Virus record (IMG/VR): IMGVR_UViG_3300042359_000853
Coordinates: 1 to 64,000 of that record
Strand: one strand, 5' to 3'
DNA: 64,000 bases
Shown: piece by piece, positions 19,001-28,041 of the stretch
Layout: each line of letters opens with the position of its first letter
Position numbering within the stretch: position 1 is the stretch's first letter
Made by a program: the position numbers and the translations under genes
The notes under the pieces: model-generated
The model's database searches: none
Told to the model about the DNA's origin: nothing
The model's input: the letters and a program-made list of their open reading frames with translations, nothing else

Positions 19001-19921
19001 TCAAGAGGCCATAAACTCACTTCTGAACTTTAGAAGTGCTAAATCTTTTGCTTTACATTCTAGCTCAACATCGATATCGTAACCATAATCATCAAAGTTC
19101 TCAAAAAGATAGTCGGCGTGTGCTTCGAGTTTAGATGATTGATCTTCATGAATTTTTCTAGAAGATGAATGATGACATAGTTGCTTTTCTTGCCAGGTCT
19201 GACGAGCCAACTCGAAAGCTGACCTCTGATCGAGATCATCAGAAAAACAAGCGTGATGAAAAAAATCAAATACAATAGGCGTTCCTATCTTATCCCAAAT
19301 CATGGACTTTAGCATTTGGGTTGAGAACTGATTTTTTGAGTCGTCGTTTTCTACTGTTAGTCGTTTTTTGGTAGTTGCTGATAACCTCTCAAAATTTTGA
19401 CAAAATCTCTCGGCTGCTTCTTCTCTGCTGGGTTTGGTTACACCAACATGAACATTGATTGAATAGTAGGTCGATGCCTCGAGACCCATGAGATCCATTA
19501 GCTGTGAATGTTTATCGAGTTCGTCGATTGTTTTTTCTACTACATCTGGATTTTGACTAGCTAATACACAAAACGGTGGTGCGTGAAACGATAATCTCAT
19601 ACCGTGTAGCTTGGCAAAATCACCAGCAGATTTTAGAAGAGCTTTTATCCTATCAAATCTAGGTAATGTCGTTACATCGTAATGTGTAAGCCAAGGGAAC
19701 ATCTCTGAGGACATTCTATATACAAAGATGTTGTTTTGTAAATTATACTCAAGGATTTTGATTAAATCTTCTAAATTTTTGGTAGCTAGTTCGCTAACAC
19801 CTTCAAGACCTTTCGTGTCAAAAGTTTTTTTGACCATACCACGATTCACTGATACTTGATCTACTTTTTTGACACCTTCGTTGATACCAAGGCAGATACA
19901 GCAATATCCTATTTTTGACAT
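19001..19921 (-). CDS. uvsE: UV-damage endonuclease
   Basis: IGYCCI, YRMSSEMFP, RLSFHAPPFCVLAS, NVHVG, LTVENDD, PIVFDFFHH, HSSS, AHADY, ELECKAKD. Confidence 0.92.
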   Translation of the reverse strand: MSKIGYCCICLGINEGVKKVDQVSVNRGMVKKTFDTKGLEGVSELATKNLEDLIKILEYNLQNNIFVYRMSSEMFPWLTHYDVTTLPRFDRIKALLKSAGDFAKLHGMRLSFHAPPFCVLASQNPDVVEKTIDELDKHSQLMDLMGLEASTYYSINVHVGVTKPSREEAAERFCQNFERLSATTKKRLTVENDDSKNQFSTQMLKSMIWDKIGTPIVFDFFHHACFSDDLDQRSAFELARQTWQEKQLCHHSSSRKIHEDQSSKLEAHADYLFENFDDYGYDIDVELECKAKDLALLKFRSEFMAS

Positions 19922-19935
19922 TCTTTATTTTTTTA

Positions 19936-19943
19936 CAAAGATA
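19936..19943 (-). promoter_or_regulatory. TATCTTTG promoter element
   Basis: TAnnTTTG 14 nt upstream of uvsE. Confidence 0.65.
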
Positions 19944-19954
19944 TGAAAAAATAT

Positions 19955-20536
19955 TTAATTATTTACTCTTTCGACATCATCAAGTGGTATTTCTATAAAG
20001 TTTTCTCTACCAAAAATTTTCACAGAAACTTTAACTGAATTCTTTTGTCGGTTCATTTCTTTCACATCACCTTCAAATCCAGAAAATGGACCACCTAAAA
20101 TACGAACTCTTTCACCTGATGAGTATTCCAAAGCCGTAGCTGTATCTGTTTCGTCAATTTTAGCTCTCATTTTCTCAAGTTCATACTGCTTAACCCAGAT
20201 AGGGTTTCCAGCGGCATCTTTAAGAAGACCAGCAGCTCCGGGCGTAGATTTTACCCAGTATTCAAGCTCACCTACATATTTAGTTTCTACGAAGATATAG
20301 CCAGGAAAAAGAACTTTTTCTCTCATGATTCTTTGGCCATTTCTATTGGTGATTGTTTTTTCTGTAGGATAAAAAGCTTCTATAATCGGTAGATCACCTC
20401 TGTCTTTATCTCGGTTCATTCTTTCGAGTAGGGTTCTTTCTCTGCCAGATTGAACTCTGAGCGTATACCAATTGGTTTTTTTCGGATCAATTTCTGATGT
20501 ATCTACACCGTCTATTCTGGATTTTGTATTTGACAT
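19955..20536 (-). CDS. nusG: Transcription elongation factor NusG
   Basis: WYTLRVQSGRE, KVLFPGYIFVE, KOW motif GERVRILGGPFSGFEG..VKVSVKIFGRE. Confidence 0.92.
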   Translation of the reverse strand: MSNTKSRIDGVDTSEIDPKKTNWYTLRVQSGRERTLLERMNRDKDRGDLPIIEAFYPTEKTITNRNGQRIMREKVLFPGYIFVETKYVGELEYWVKSTPGAAGLLKDAAGNPIWVKQYELEKMRAKIDETDTATALEYSSGERVRILGGPFSGFEGDVKEMNRQKNSVKVSVKIFGRENFIEIPLDDVERVNN

Positions 20537-20560
20537 ATATTTTTTGTTTTTATTTTTTTT

Positions 20561-21370
20561 TTAATTTGAATATCTTTCACGATAAAAACTGTAGATTGGA
20601 TCAATTTCTTTCGGGTAGTTATATGGTTCACTAAAGAGTATATTCGTTACGCCCCAAGCTTGGTTGAAACAACCATCATCTTTGAAATAATGTAATCTAG
20701 ATGGTAGTTGTCTAAGAGTTATCTTAAACTGCATCAGGTGTGTTTTTAGTATATTCTCGGGTGGAAACATGTAGGCACCTTCTTTAAGGTATCTAGAAAG
20801 ATAAATGAATAAAGAGCTATAATAATTCATATTTTTCTGAGAGCCATAAGCAAACTGATCTGGGGGACCGCCATTATTTAACCATTTATCGTTGAATGTA
20901 CAACCCCAAACTAGATTCAAATAACCATTGATTTCCAGATCAGGGAATGGCTCGAAGTAAATATCAGTTCTTGTTCTAATTACTATATCATAGTTTTTGT
21001 CTTGACACAATGAATTACATTTCATAACTTTATACCAAAGATAAAAAAATCGACATTCTCTGGTCGACTCTAGTAAATCAGGAGTCAAAGGCCACATATC
21101 ATTTATGCTAAATTTTTCTATGATTTCTTCACGAAATACACTTACAACCGAACTTTCAAAATTATGTGGATTTTCCCATTCACATTTTATTGGATTTAAT
21201 TTGTAGAATAGTTCTTCTTGTGTGATATCTTCTGAAAGTTTTTCCTCTTCGGTTCTCTCCCAAAAACTACCATAAACATCCAAATTGTATTCTTCGGTAA
21301 TTTTTTTCCAGTAATCAAAACTTTTGTGCATTTCTCTGATTTGACCAGAAAAACAAATAGCAATTTTCAT
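20561..21370 (-). CDS. Putative glycosyltransferase-like protein
   Basis: MKIAICFSGQIR..YDIVIRTRTDI..DQFAYGS..PPENILKTHL. Confidence 0.6.
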   Translation of the reverse strand: MKIAICFSGQIREMHKSFDYWKKITEEYNLDVYGSFWERTEEEKLSEDITQEELFYKLNPIKCEWENPHNFESSVVSVFREEIIEKFSINDMWPLTPDLLESTRECRFFYLWYKVMKCNSLCQDKNYDIVIRTRTDIYFEPFPDLEINGYLNLVWGCTFNDKWLNNGGPPDQFAYGSQKNMNYYSSLFIYLSRYLKEGAYMFPPENILKTHLMQFKITLRQLPSRLHYFKDDGCFNQAWGVTNILFSEPYNYPKEIDPIYSFYRERYSN

Positions 21371-21774
21371 AATAATTTTTCCATTTCTGTTTTTTTTACT
21401 CTTTTGAACTCCTTAATTATAATATCAAAACTTTCTGGATAAAGTTGCTTAATACAATCCAATTCTGATTTCGTTAAATCATGTTTTAACATAATTTCAT
21501 CATCAAATTGCTCAGTTTTTTTATGTGAAGAATTTGGATTTTTTTTCCAAAACCAGGCCTCGTAACCACGACCTCTAACTAAGTGATGCCAAGTATCCAT
21601 AGCTGAAGATTTATCTACGTTGTCTTGGGACAAAATTGAAGACCACTCTGGATATTTCTTTGCGAACATTCTATTTATTATAAAATAGTGAGCTTCTTTG
21701 TCTTCACGTGTTATATTACTCCACATCTGTGAGCTCCCAAAAAGCGCTTTTGTGAAATCTAAAAGGTTAGTCAT
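21367..21774 (-). CDS. T4 gp62-like clamp-loader small subunit (tentative)
   Basis: YFIINRMFAK resembles the FxINRxLS motif; near replication genes. Confidence 0.4.
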   Translation of the reverse strand: MTNLLDFTKALFGSSQMWSNITREDKEAHYFIINRMFAKKYPEWSSILSQDNVDKSSAMDTWHHLVRGRGYEAWFWKKNPNSSHKKTEQFDDEIMLKHDLTKSELDCIKQLYPESFDIIIKEFKRVKKTEMEKLL

Positions 21775-22141
21775 TTTCTAAAATTTTTTCTATTAAAACA
21801 TCTCTTAAAAGACGGGGATTATTTATTCTTAGATAAATCTTTCCGAGTGGAGTCCCAAAAAAACTTTTATTACTCCCGAAAACACCATCACCAACTTGGT
21901 GAACTACATCTGAAAATTCATTCATAGATTTTTCGATTGATTTAATATTTGCTATAGTAAAATCAGACCAAAGTTCCCAAAAATAAACACAATCTTGAAC
22001 ATCGTTGTATCTATCTGGATGTTTGGATTCAGGCCACTGATTTAAGGTCTGTGACCAAACAAAAATAGAATAATAATTTTTAATACGCGCTTTATTTTGG
22101 GTGTAATGGTAAAAAAGTTGGCATCTTTCTGATGTAATCAT
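21767..22141 (-). CDS. Hypothetical protein (C-term RDVLIEKIL)
   Basis: 124 aa ORF. Confidence 0.65.
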   Translation of the reverse strand: MITSERCQLFYHYTQNKARIKNYYSIFVWSQTLNQWPESKHPDRYNDVQDCVYFWELWSDFTIANIKSIEKSMNEFSDVVHQVGDGVFGSNKSFFGTPLGKIYLRINNPRLLRDVLIEKILEND

Positions 22142-22639
22142 CTAGTTTAATATTTTATTGATTTGTTCTTCTCTAAATAAATCTGGATTCACAATTCGGT
22201 GGAAGATAGATGAAAAAGTGGTATCAACTAGATCAGGTGCTAAAAAGTTACCGGAGGATTTTTTATCTGAAATGATTAAATTTCCATCTTCTAGTTCATA
22301 TTCGAATGTTCCTGTTTCGTAGTTGAACCATTCATTTACGACTTTAGAACGAGATTGGTTTTGATTGGTGATATTTTTATTCAGATTTTCTAAAATAGTT
22401 GTGATATTTGGGACATTTTTTTTCTCAGCTTTTGAAAGTGTATCTATCCATCTTTCATAAAATTCAACAAAAACACAGAGGTATTGGTAGTTACTCATTT
22501 TTTTCTTGTTCATGTTTGGCACTCTATCTGAGATAAAACCATACCATTTGAAGAGTGATTCTTTAACTATTTTATCTCCTATGAAGGAGGTAAGGTTTTG
22601 CAACTTTAACCAATTGATAAATCTCTCATCTATAATCAT
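22142..22639 (-). CDS. Hypothetical protein (C-term REEQINKILN)
   Basis: 165 aa ORF. Confidence 0.65.
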   Translation of the reverse strand: MIIDERFINWLKLQNLTSFIGDKIVKESLFKWYGFISDRVPNMNKKKMSNYQYLCVFVEFYERWIDTLSKAEKKNVPNITTILENLNKNITNQNQSRSKVVNEWFNYETGTFEYELEDGNLIISDKKSSGNFLAPDLVDTTFSSIFHRIVNPDLFREEQINKILN

Positions 22640-23597
22640 GGACTTGGTTCATTTTTTCTACGATTTGTCTTGGAAGTGTATCTAGATCGAGATGAATCAG
22701 TTTCCAGTTCTCCCGTATATTATGTGAAATCTGAGGTATAGTTGATTTTGATAATCTTTTTTTCTCACAAATAATATCGGCTAAGTTCTCGAATAAATCA
22801 GGATCACTAATAGAAATTTGACCAAAAGATTGCTCGTATCTTTTGTAGATATCTTTTGCGCCTTTTGGTCCAATACCACGGATCTTACCGAACTTCTCGA
22901 CTTGCCAAACCGATTTAATGTTATCAGAGTTATCACCGGATAGTATTTTTGTGATCAGAGATTCAACTGGATCAGCTACTGACGTTTGGTATTTGTCGGT
23001 AAAGTTTTTGAGTAGTTTTATAAAATCTTCAGAATAATCCTGATCGAAGATAGTTTGCTCTTCGGCTTTTTGTGTAACACGATTCAAGAATACTTGAAAG
23101 TTTTTTGGTAGGAATATTTTTTGTTTATTGATAATCTCGTTACTCATTACGTTGATGTAAGGTGGATCAAGACCATACCTGATAAGCTGCTTTATATCGT
23201 GATCGTTCGAGATAATAACATTCGAGATATTTTTCTCGTTTGATTTGTTGATAATATAGCAGATCCAATCATCACCCTCTATTGAAGGATACTCGAGAAC
23301 GTGCACACCTTGTAGGTTTTCCTTGAAGTTTTTGTAAGTTTCATGAACAAAACTCCAGTCTATATCATTATTCTTTTTTCTGGTTGCTTTGTATTCTTGG
23401 TTTAATTTCTTTCTCCAAGATTTTTCTTTTGAATCTGATACAAGATAAATCTTAGTGAAAGGATACCATCTTTTGTAAGATTGGAGTGATTTCTCAAGAG
23501 CTCTTTGAAGCTCACCGAAAAGAAGATTATTTTTATGAAGTGTAAAAACACATTTGTTTAAAAGGTAGTTCCCATCAATCAATAAATTGACTAGCAT
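22626..23597 (-). CDS. rnh: 5'-3' exonuclease / T4 RNase H-like
   Basis: LLIDGN, DSKEKSWRK..YKATR, EGDDWI, ISNDHDIKQL, GDNSDNI acidic clusters. Confidence 0.85.
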   Translation of the reverse strand: MLVNLLIDGNYLLNKCVFTLHKNNLLFGELQRALEKSLQSYKRWYPFTKIYLVSDSKEKSWRKKLNQEYKATRKKNNDIDWSFVHETYKNFKENLQGVHVLEYPSIEGDDWICYIINKSNEKNISNVIISNDHDIKQLIRYGLDPPYINVMSNEIINKQKIFLPKNFQVFLNRVTQKAEEQTIFDQDYSEDFIKLLKNFTDKYQTSVADPVESLITKILSGDNSDNIKSVWQVEKFGKIRGIGPKGAKDIYKRYEQSFGQISISDPDLFENLADIICEKKRLSKSTIPQISHNIRENWKLIHLDLDTLPRQIVEKMNQVHDYR

Positions 23598-23647
23598 AGT
23601 CTTTTGATTATTTTTTTTAGACTAGCTATTTTCCAAACCTTGAACGA

Positions 23648-23776
23648 TTATACTCGTCTCAAGTAGTCACTACCTCTTATTACCCAACAAGGAGTATTAT
23701 TTATTGAACCGAGAATGTAAAGTTGCACTTGACCAAAAAGATAGGATATTGATTTCTTACTTCGTGGATTTGGCAT
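23648..23776 (-). CDS. Uncalled 42-aa small ORF
   Basis: MPNPRSKKSISYLFGQVQLYILGSINNTPCWVIRGSDYLRRV fills an otherwise empty gap in a leftward operon. Confidence 0.35.
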   Translation of the reverse strand: MPNPRSKKSISYLFGQVQLYILGSINNTPCWVIRGSDYLRRV

Positions 23777-23800
23777 AATAACTAATTTGATATTATATAC

Positions 23801-24169
23801 CTAAATATGAACTTTGTTTTTATCCGATAATATCTGCTCAATCTTTTTATCTCTGTTTACAATCCTTTTCATATCTTTAAGATAATCAGAAAAACTTCTA
23901 TCTAGGAACTCTAAATAAATTGGATTCTCTTCTATGAATTCTAACATCCTCTCTAAGCCATATTTTTTTATAAACCAAACGCACATGTTGTTTTGCCAAT
24001 CGTCATTCACTAAAATATCCGTTCCTGGTATCGTAATTTTTGATCCGAAGACAGGAGATCCTAAAGATATATTATTGTTGGATACACCTCCAGTAGTAAT
24101 AGTAGTTGAAATACCAGGATATGTAACTGTGTAAGTGTTGTTGGAAGACGATGAGATTATGTTGAACAT
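23801..24169 (-). CDS. Hypothetical protein (C-term RDKKIEQIL)
   Basis: Ser/Thr-rich N-terminus. Confidence 0.65.
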   Translation of the reverse strand: MFNIISSSSNNTYTVTYPGISTTITTGGVSNNNISLGSPVFGSKITIPGTDILVNDDWQNNMCVWFIKKYGLERMLEFIEENPIYLEFLDRSFSDYLKDMKRIVNRDKKIEQILSDKNKVHI

Positions 24170-24175
24170 AGTTTT

Positions 24176-24370
24176 TTATGAAATTTTCGGAAGGTTATTA
24201 TCTAGGCTTAAGGAGTTTTGTGAAGATTTCAGTTCTTCTATAATTTCGTTACCTATTTTGATATTCTCTTCTAACATCCAATAGGGCCAGTTATCCATTG
24301 ATACTTCTTGAGTGCCGTATTGTTTTTGTAGAAGTAGTTTATTTTTTAATATACCGGTCAAAGGCATCAC
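24176..24370 (-). CDS. gp51-like baseplate/tail assembly small protein
   Basis: MDNWPYWMLEENIK resembles the MxPWExE motif of small assembly proteins; overlaps end of gp26-like gene. Confidence 0.45.
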   Translation of the reverse strand: MMPLTGILKNKLLLQKQYGTQEVSMDNWPYWMLEENIKIGNEIIEELKSSQNSLSLDNNLPKIS

Positions 24371-25307
24371 GAATAACGAAAAGAGATGATGCTCCTCGAG
24401 GAAAGATACTCTCGCTGCGGACCTCCTGACCGCAGCTACAAGTTGATTTTACACATTTGATGCCAAACTTCATAAGATCCACCGTGTTATTAAGGAATTG
24501 AAAAGATATATCGTCCATTTTTTCTTCGTCCGAGAAATCTTTCTCAAGTTCTAACAATCTTTGGCTATCCAGACTATTCTGACCGTTGGCAAGAAAAGGC
24601 ATAATTTTCAAGAATGAAGGATTAACTTTCTTACCTTCTGCGTTTCTCTGTTGAATCCACTCATACAAGCTTTTCTGAACACCAACCGTGGGCGGAGATA
24701 GATTGAAAACATAATCGTTGACGGTTTCGAAGCTAAAGCAACTTAGGTTTTGATTGTAAAAAGGCTTGATTTTATCACCTGGTGTATGAAACTCGAAGTT
24801 AGCTCTTTTAAGCTCTATATTACATTCAGTGTTATCTACCGGACAAATAGCCTTTGTGGTCAGGTAGTTACCTTTTTGGAAAGTAAGTTCTCTTATTAAA
24901 AATATCACAAAAAATTTGTCAGGATCTTTAAGATCAAGATAGGTCTTTGTTTCACCAGTTGGATATTTCAATTTTAAGCAACTAGATAAGATATAGTTTA
25001 TTTTTTCTAGTATATCATAGATATTGTTATCATCAACCATCGAGAAATATTGAATCTCAATTACTTTAGCAGCTCTTATTTGTATGTAGGAACCTTTTGG
25101 ATAAAATACTCCACAAGGTAGTTCTCTAGTATCTATACTGAAGTATTGAAGTTCACCAACTCTAGCTGAATCCGGTGCCATACCAAAACTTTGATCTACC
25201 TCAGGTACGACCGCCTCTTTTTGTGAGGTGAATTGTTTTTCTCGTTCTACACTTTCAATATGTCTTCTTAAATATTCTTCTTCTGATAATTGTTCTTCTT
25301 GACTCAT
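24339..25307 (-). CDS. gp26-like baseplate hub / tail assembly chaperone
   Basis: LPCGVFYP..IRAAKVIE..DKFFVIFLIRELTF..CPVDN..CSCGQE. Confidence 0.55.
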   Translation of the reverse strand: MSQEEQLSEEEYLRRHIESVEREKQFTSQKEAVVPEVDQSFGMAPDSARVGELQYFSIDTRELPCGVFYPKGSYIQIRAAKVIEIQYFSMVDDNNIYDILEKINYILSSCLKLKYPTGETKTYLDLKDPDKFFVIFLIRELTFQKGNYLTTKAICPVDNTECNIELKRANFEFHTPGDKIKPFYNQNLSCFSFETVNDYVFNLSPPTVGVQKSLYEWIQQRNAEGKKVNPSFLKIMPFLANGQNSLDSQRLLELEKDFSDEEKMDDISFQFLNNTVDLMKFGIKCVKSTCSCGQEVRSESIFPRGASSLFVIRDAFDRYIKK

Positions 25308-25367
25308 GTTTGGGTTATTTTTATATAATTTCGCCTGGTTTATATTGTGGTCGTAAGAAAAAGTTGA

Positions 25368-27173
25368 TTACTTGAACGATAGATTAGTATCTTCGTCTAA
25401 GTAACTAAGTTTTGTTGAGATTTCTCTAACTACTGATGTAAGAGCGGCTATTTGAGATGATAAACCACCGAGCATTTGGTTACCCAAATTTTGCTCTTGA
25501 TCTTTATTTTCAGATAAAATTGGAACCGGTGGCTGTTCGGTATTTATTGGTAATCCCACCGATGACACCGTAGTTGGTGATTCTGTTCTAGTGACGGGCT
25601 GATCGACTTCAAAATTTGTTTTGGATATTGGTGTGACCATCGATTCTGATATCAGTTGAGGTGTCTGTTTCACAAAATTAGTTTGTAAAGTTGCCATGGG
25701 TATTATGTCAGAACGATTTGTTCTAATTTCATTTTCGGAATTTGAATAGGTGTTCATCTTTGGTATATTATTCATTCCAATAAATCTATTGTTTTCTGGC
25801 CTCACCATTTCAGAGTTATTCATCGAAGCTATCTGCATAGAGATAGGTGTTATGAATCTATTTTCTCCTGTTGATCTCGAAGAACCTCTATCGAGTGTAT
25901 TTACCGGGAGATTATTTTCAGAAAATTGTGTTGACCTATTGTAAAAATTATTCGTGAAGTTATCTGAATTGAAAACCGAATCTAATCCTCGATTTATTAA
26001 ATTATTTGAATAGAGATCAGAATAGTTCAATAAATTATTAATCGTTCTTGTCGATAAGAAGTTATCCGATCTGTTGGGATTTGATATTTTATTAAAAATA
26101 GGATTTGAGATGTTGGAATTGTTATTTGGTGCTAGAGATGATGATATATTACCAGAATTTAAAAAATTGGATAAGTTGTTTGTAATAATACCTTTTTCAG
26201 TTGAGAAATTCTCCAGATTCATAAACGATGAAATCATCATAGGCAAGTAATTTGATTCAAATAAATTAGTTGCTGAGTTTCTAGATCTAGTATCATATAT
26301 TTGTCTTGAATTATTCAAAATAGAGCTGATGTTATTCAAATTTTGATCTGTAAAATTGTTTTTGCCAAAAGATAAATTTGTAATATCTCTATAGGATAAA
26401 AATCTGGAATTAGTTGAAAAATTATTATTATTTTGATCTAAGTTAGTAGAAGACGATATATCTTGAATATTGGTAAATAACTTTGTTAAATTATTTATCA
26501 GTGGTTGTGTAGATGTCTGAAAATCAATAATAGGTCTAGTTTCGGTTGAATCATTCGACTTTATTTGAAAATAAAAATTTTTATTATTCACAACATTATC
26601 ACCCATGTTTGTAATAGTGTTTGTGATATTTTTAATCTCATTACCTACCTCTTGATTTGTATTTGTGAATGTCAAATTCTCTCGAGTAATAGGTCTGTTT
26701 TCATTTAATTTTATAATTTCTAATCCTGTTAAATCATTTGTGAGTCTTGATCCTGTTAAATCATTTGTGAGTCTTGTTCCTGTTAAATCATTTGTGAGTC
26801 TCGATCCTGTTAAATCATTTGTGATCCCAGGTCTTGTAAAATCATTTTCAATTTGTTTTCCTTGTTCCTTTTTTGAAAAATTACTTACAAATTCTTCTAC
26901 CGGTGTTAAAAAAACATTCAGTAAAGGAGGTGTAACACCAATCATTCCTAGATTAGATAATCTATTTTCACTTTGTTGTTCTGTATTTCCTACTACTAAA
27001 TTAGAAAAATCATTTATTTTTTGTGGAATTTCTAATTTTTTTCCAGTAATAGACTTTGTAACTCGATCTAGTGAAAAATCATTTATATTTTCGAAGGCGA
27101 ATTGATCGGATACATTTCTTACATTCTGAAAATCACCAGAGAGTAACATTTCATATGTATTCAGTAGATTCAT
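25368..27173 (-). CDS. Asn/Ser/Thr-rich low-complexity protein (possible baseplate/tape-related)
   Basis: Start refined to MNLLNTYE; internal 9-aa repeats; C-terminal amphipathic helix; upstream of gp26-like gene. Confidence 0.55.
   Translation of the reverse strand: MNLLNTYEMLLSGDFQNVRNVSDQFAFENINDFSLDRVTKSITGKKLEIPQKINDFSNLVVGNTEQQSENRLSNLGMIGVTPPLLNVFLTPVEEFVSNFSKKEQGKQIENDFTRPGITNDLTGSRLTNDLTGTRLTNDLTGSRLTNDLTGLEIIKLNENRPITRENLTFTNTNQEVGNEIKNITNTITNMGDNVVNNKNFYFQIKSNDSTETRPIIDFQTSTQPLINNLTKLFTNIQDISSSTNLDQNNNNFSTNSRFLSYRDITNLSFGKNNFTDQNLNNISSILNNSRQIYDTRSRNSATNLFESNYLPMMISSFMNLENFSTEKGIITNNLSNFLNSGNISSSLAPNNNSNISNPIFNKISNPNRSDNFLSTRTINNLLNYSDLYSNNLINRGLDSVFNSDNFTNNFYNRSTQFSENNLPVNTLDRGSSRSTGENRFITPISMQIASMNNSEMVRPENNRFIGMNNIPKMNTYSNSENEIRTNRSDIIPMATLQTNFVKQTPQLISESMVTPISKTNFEVDQPVTRTESPTTVSSVGLPINTEQPPVPILSENKDQEQNLGNQMLGGLSSQIAALTSVVREISTKLSYLDEDTNLSFK
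26724..26824. repeat. 27-bp tandem repeat, about 3.7 copies
   Basis: tcctgttaaatcatttgtgagtcttga unit; encodes (S/T)RLTNDLTG on the minus strand. Confidence 0.95.
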
Positions 27174-27175
27174 AT

Positions 27176-27189
27176 TTTTATATATAAAA
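27176..27189. promoter_or_regulatory. Palindromic bidirectional promoter TTTTATATATAAAA
   Basis: Occupies most of the 20-nt gap between divergent ATGs at 27173 and 27194. Confidence 0.65.
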
Positions 27190-27193
27190 GGGT

Positions 27194-27487
27194 ATGAACT
27201 ACAGATCAAAGATCAAAAACTTCACTCAGTTCGTTAAAGAGGCAATATCTGGAACTTATGATATATCACCACTTGGACCGAATATGCCAAGACAAGAGTT
27301 GAAACTTCCAGCAGGAACTCTCAAAGATGAAATAGTTTGGCTAGATGGATATGATAAATTTTATACTAGAGATGATTTTGAAGAAATCTATAACGAGTAT
27401 TTGAAAGCTGGTGGAAGTCCTCTTTTTGAATTCACAAAACAAAATTTGCAAATTATTCTTCAGTTTTTAGAAGAAAAAAATAGTTAA
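27194..27487 (+). CDS. Hypothetical protein with N-terminal KIKNFTQFVKE peptide
   Basis: 97 aa ORF. Confidence 0.7.
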   Translation: MNYRSKIKNFTQFVKEAISGTYDISPLGPNMPRQELKLPAGTLKDEIVWLDGYDKFYTRDDFEEIYNEYLKAGGSPLFEFTKQNLQIILQFLEEKNS

Positions 27488-28041
27488 ATGCCTCGTAGCC
27501 ATTTATCTGAAAACCCTTTATTTCCAGTGCAGTATCGAGCATATTCATTTACGGTTGGAGTTCCAGTATTATAAAAACCAAGTGCTAAAGACCAAGTTCC
27601 AAACTCATCGTGTAAATATTTAAGATATTTAAGCGATATATTCACGTTCATATCTATATTTGTTAGAAGCTCTTTACGAGAAATTCTTCTTCTTTCAACA
27701 AAATTTGCAGTTTTTGGCATTACTTGCATTGGACCAACTGCTCCTTGACCAGAAACTTGTCTAGGTGAGTAGGCAAAATGTAGAGGGCCTCGGTATCCAG
27801 TTTCTAAATAAGCTACATTGAAAGCGATATGTTCAGGTATTTCGTATTTTTGAGCGTATTTTCTAATGGATTCATACATATGAATTGAGGCAATCATAGA
27901 AGTTTCTGAATATTCTCGATCCTCTTGAGATACAACCTCTTTAGCTGAAAAAAGTTTCCAAGAAAGAAAAAAAGTTAATAATATTGAACAAACGTAGAAT
28001 AATATTAGTTTATTTCCTAGTTTTATAAATTGATTACTCAT
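27484..28041 (-). CDS. Lytic transglycosylase (SLT domain) with N-terminal TM
   Basis: VAYLETGY (catalytic E), GAVGPMQVMP, NIDMN, ALGFYNTG. Confidence 0.85.
   Translation of the reverse strand: MSNQFIKLGNKLILFYVCSILLTFFLSWKLFSAKEVVSQEDREYSETSMIASIHMYESIRKYAQKYEIPEHIAFNVAYLETGYRGPLHFAYSPRQVSGQGAVGPMQVMPKTANFVERRRISRKELLTNIDMNVNISLKYLKYLHDEFGTWSLALGFYNTGTPTVNEYARYCTGNKGFSDKWLRGI

Noticed and set aside
26724-26824. CRISPR-like or DGR-like repeat
   Set aside because: Units are contiguous with no spacers, are in-frame 9-aa coding repeats, and no cas or reverse transcriptase gene is present.
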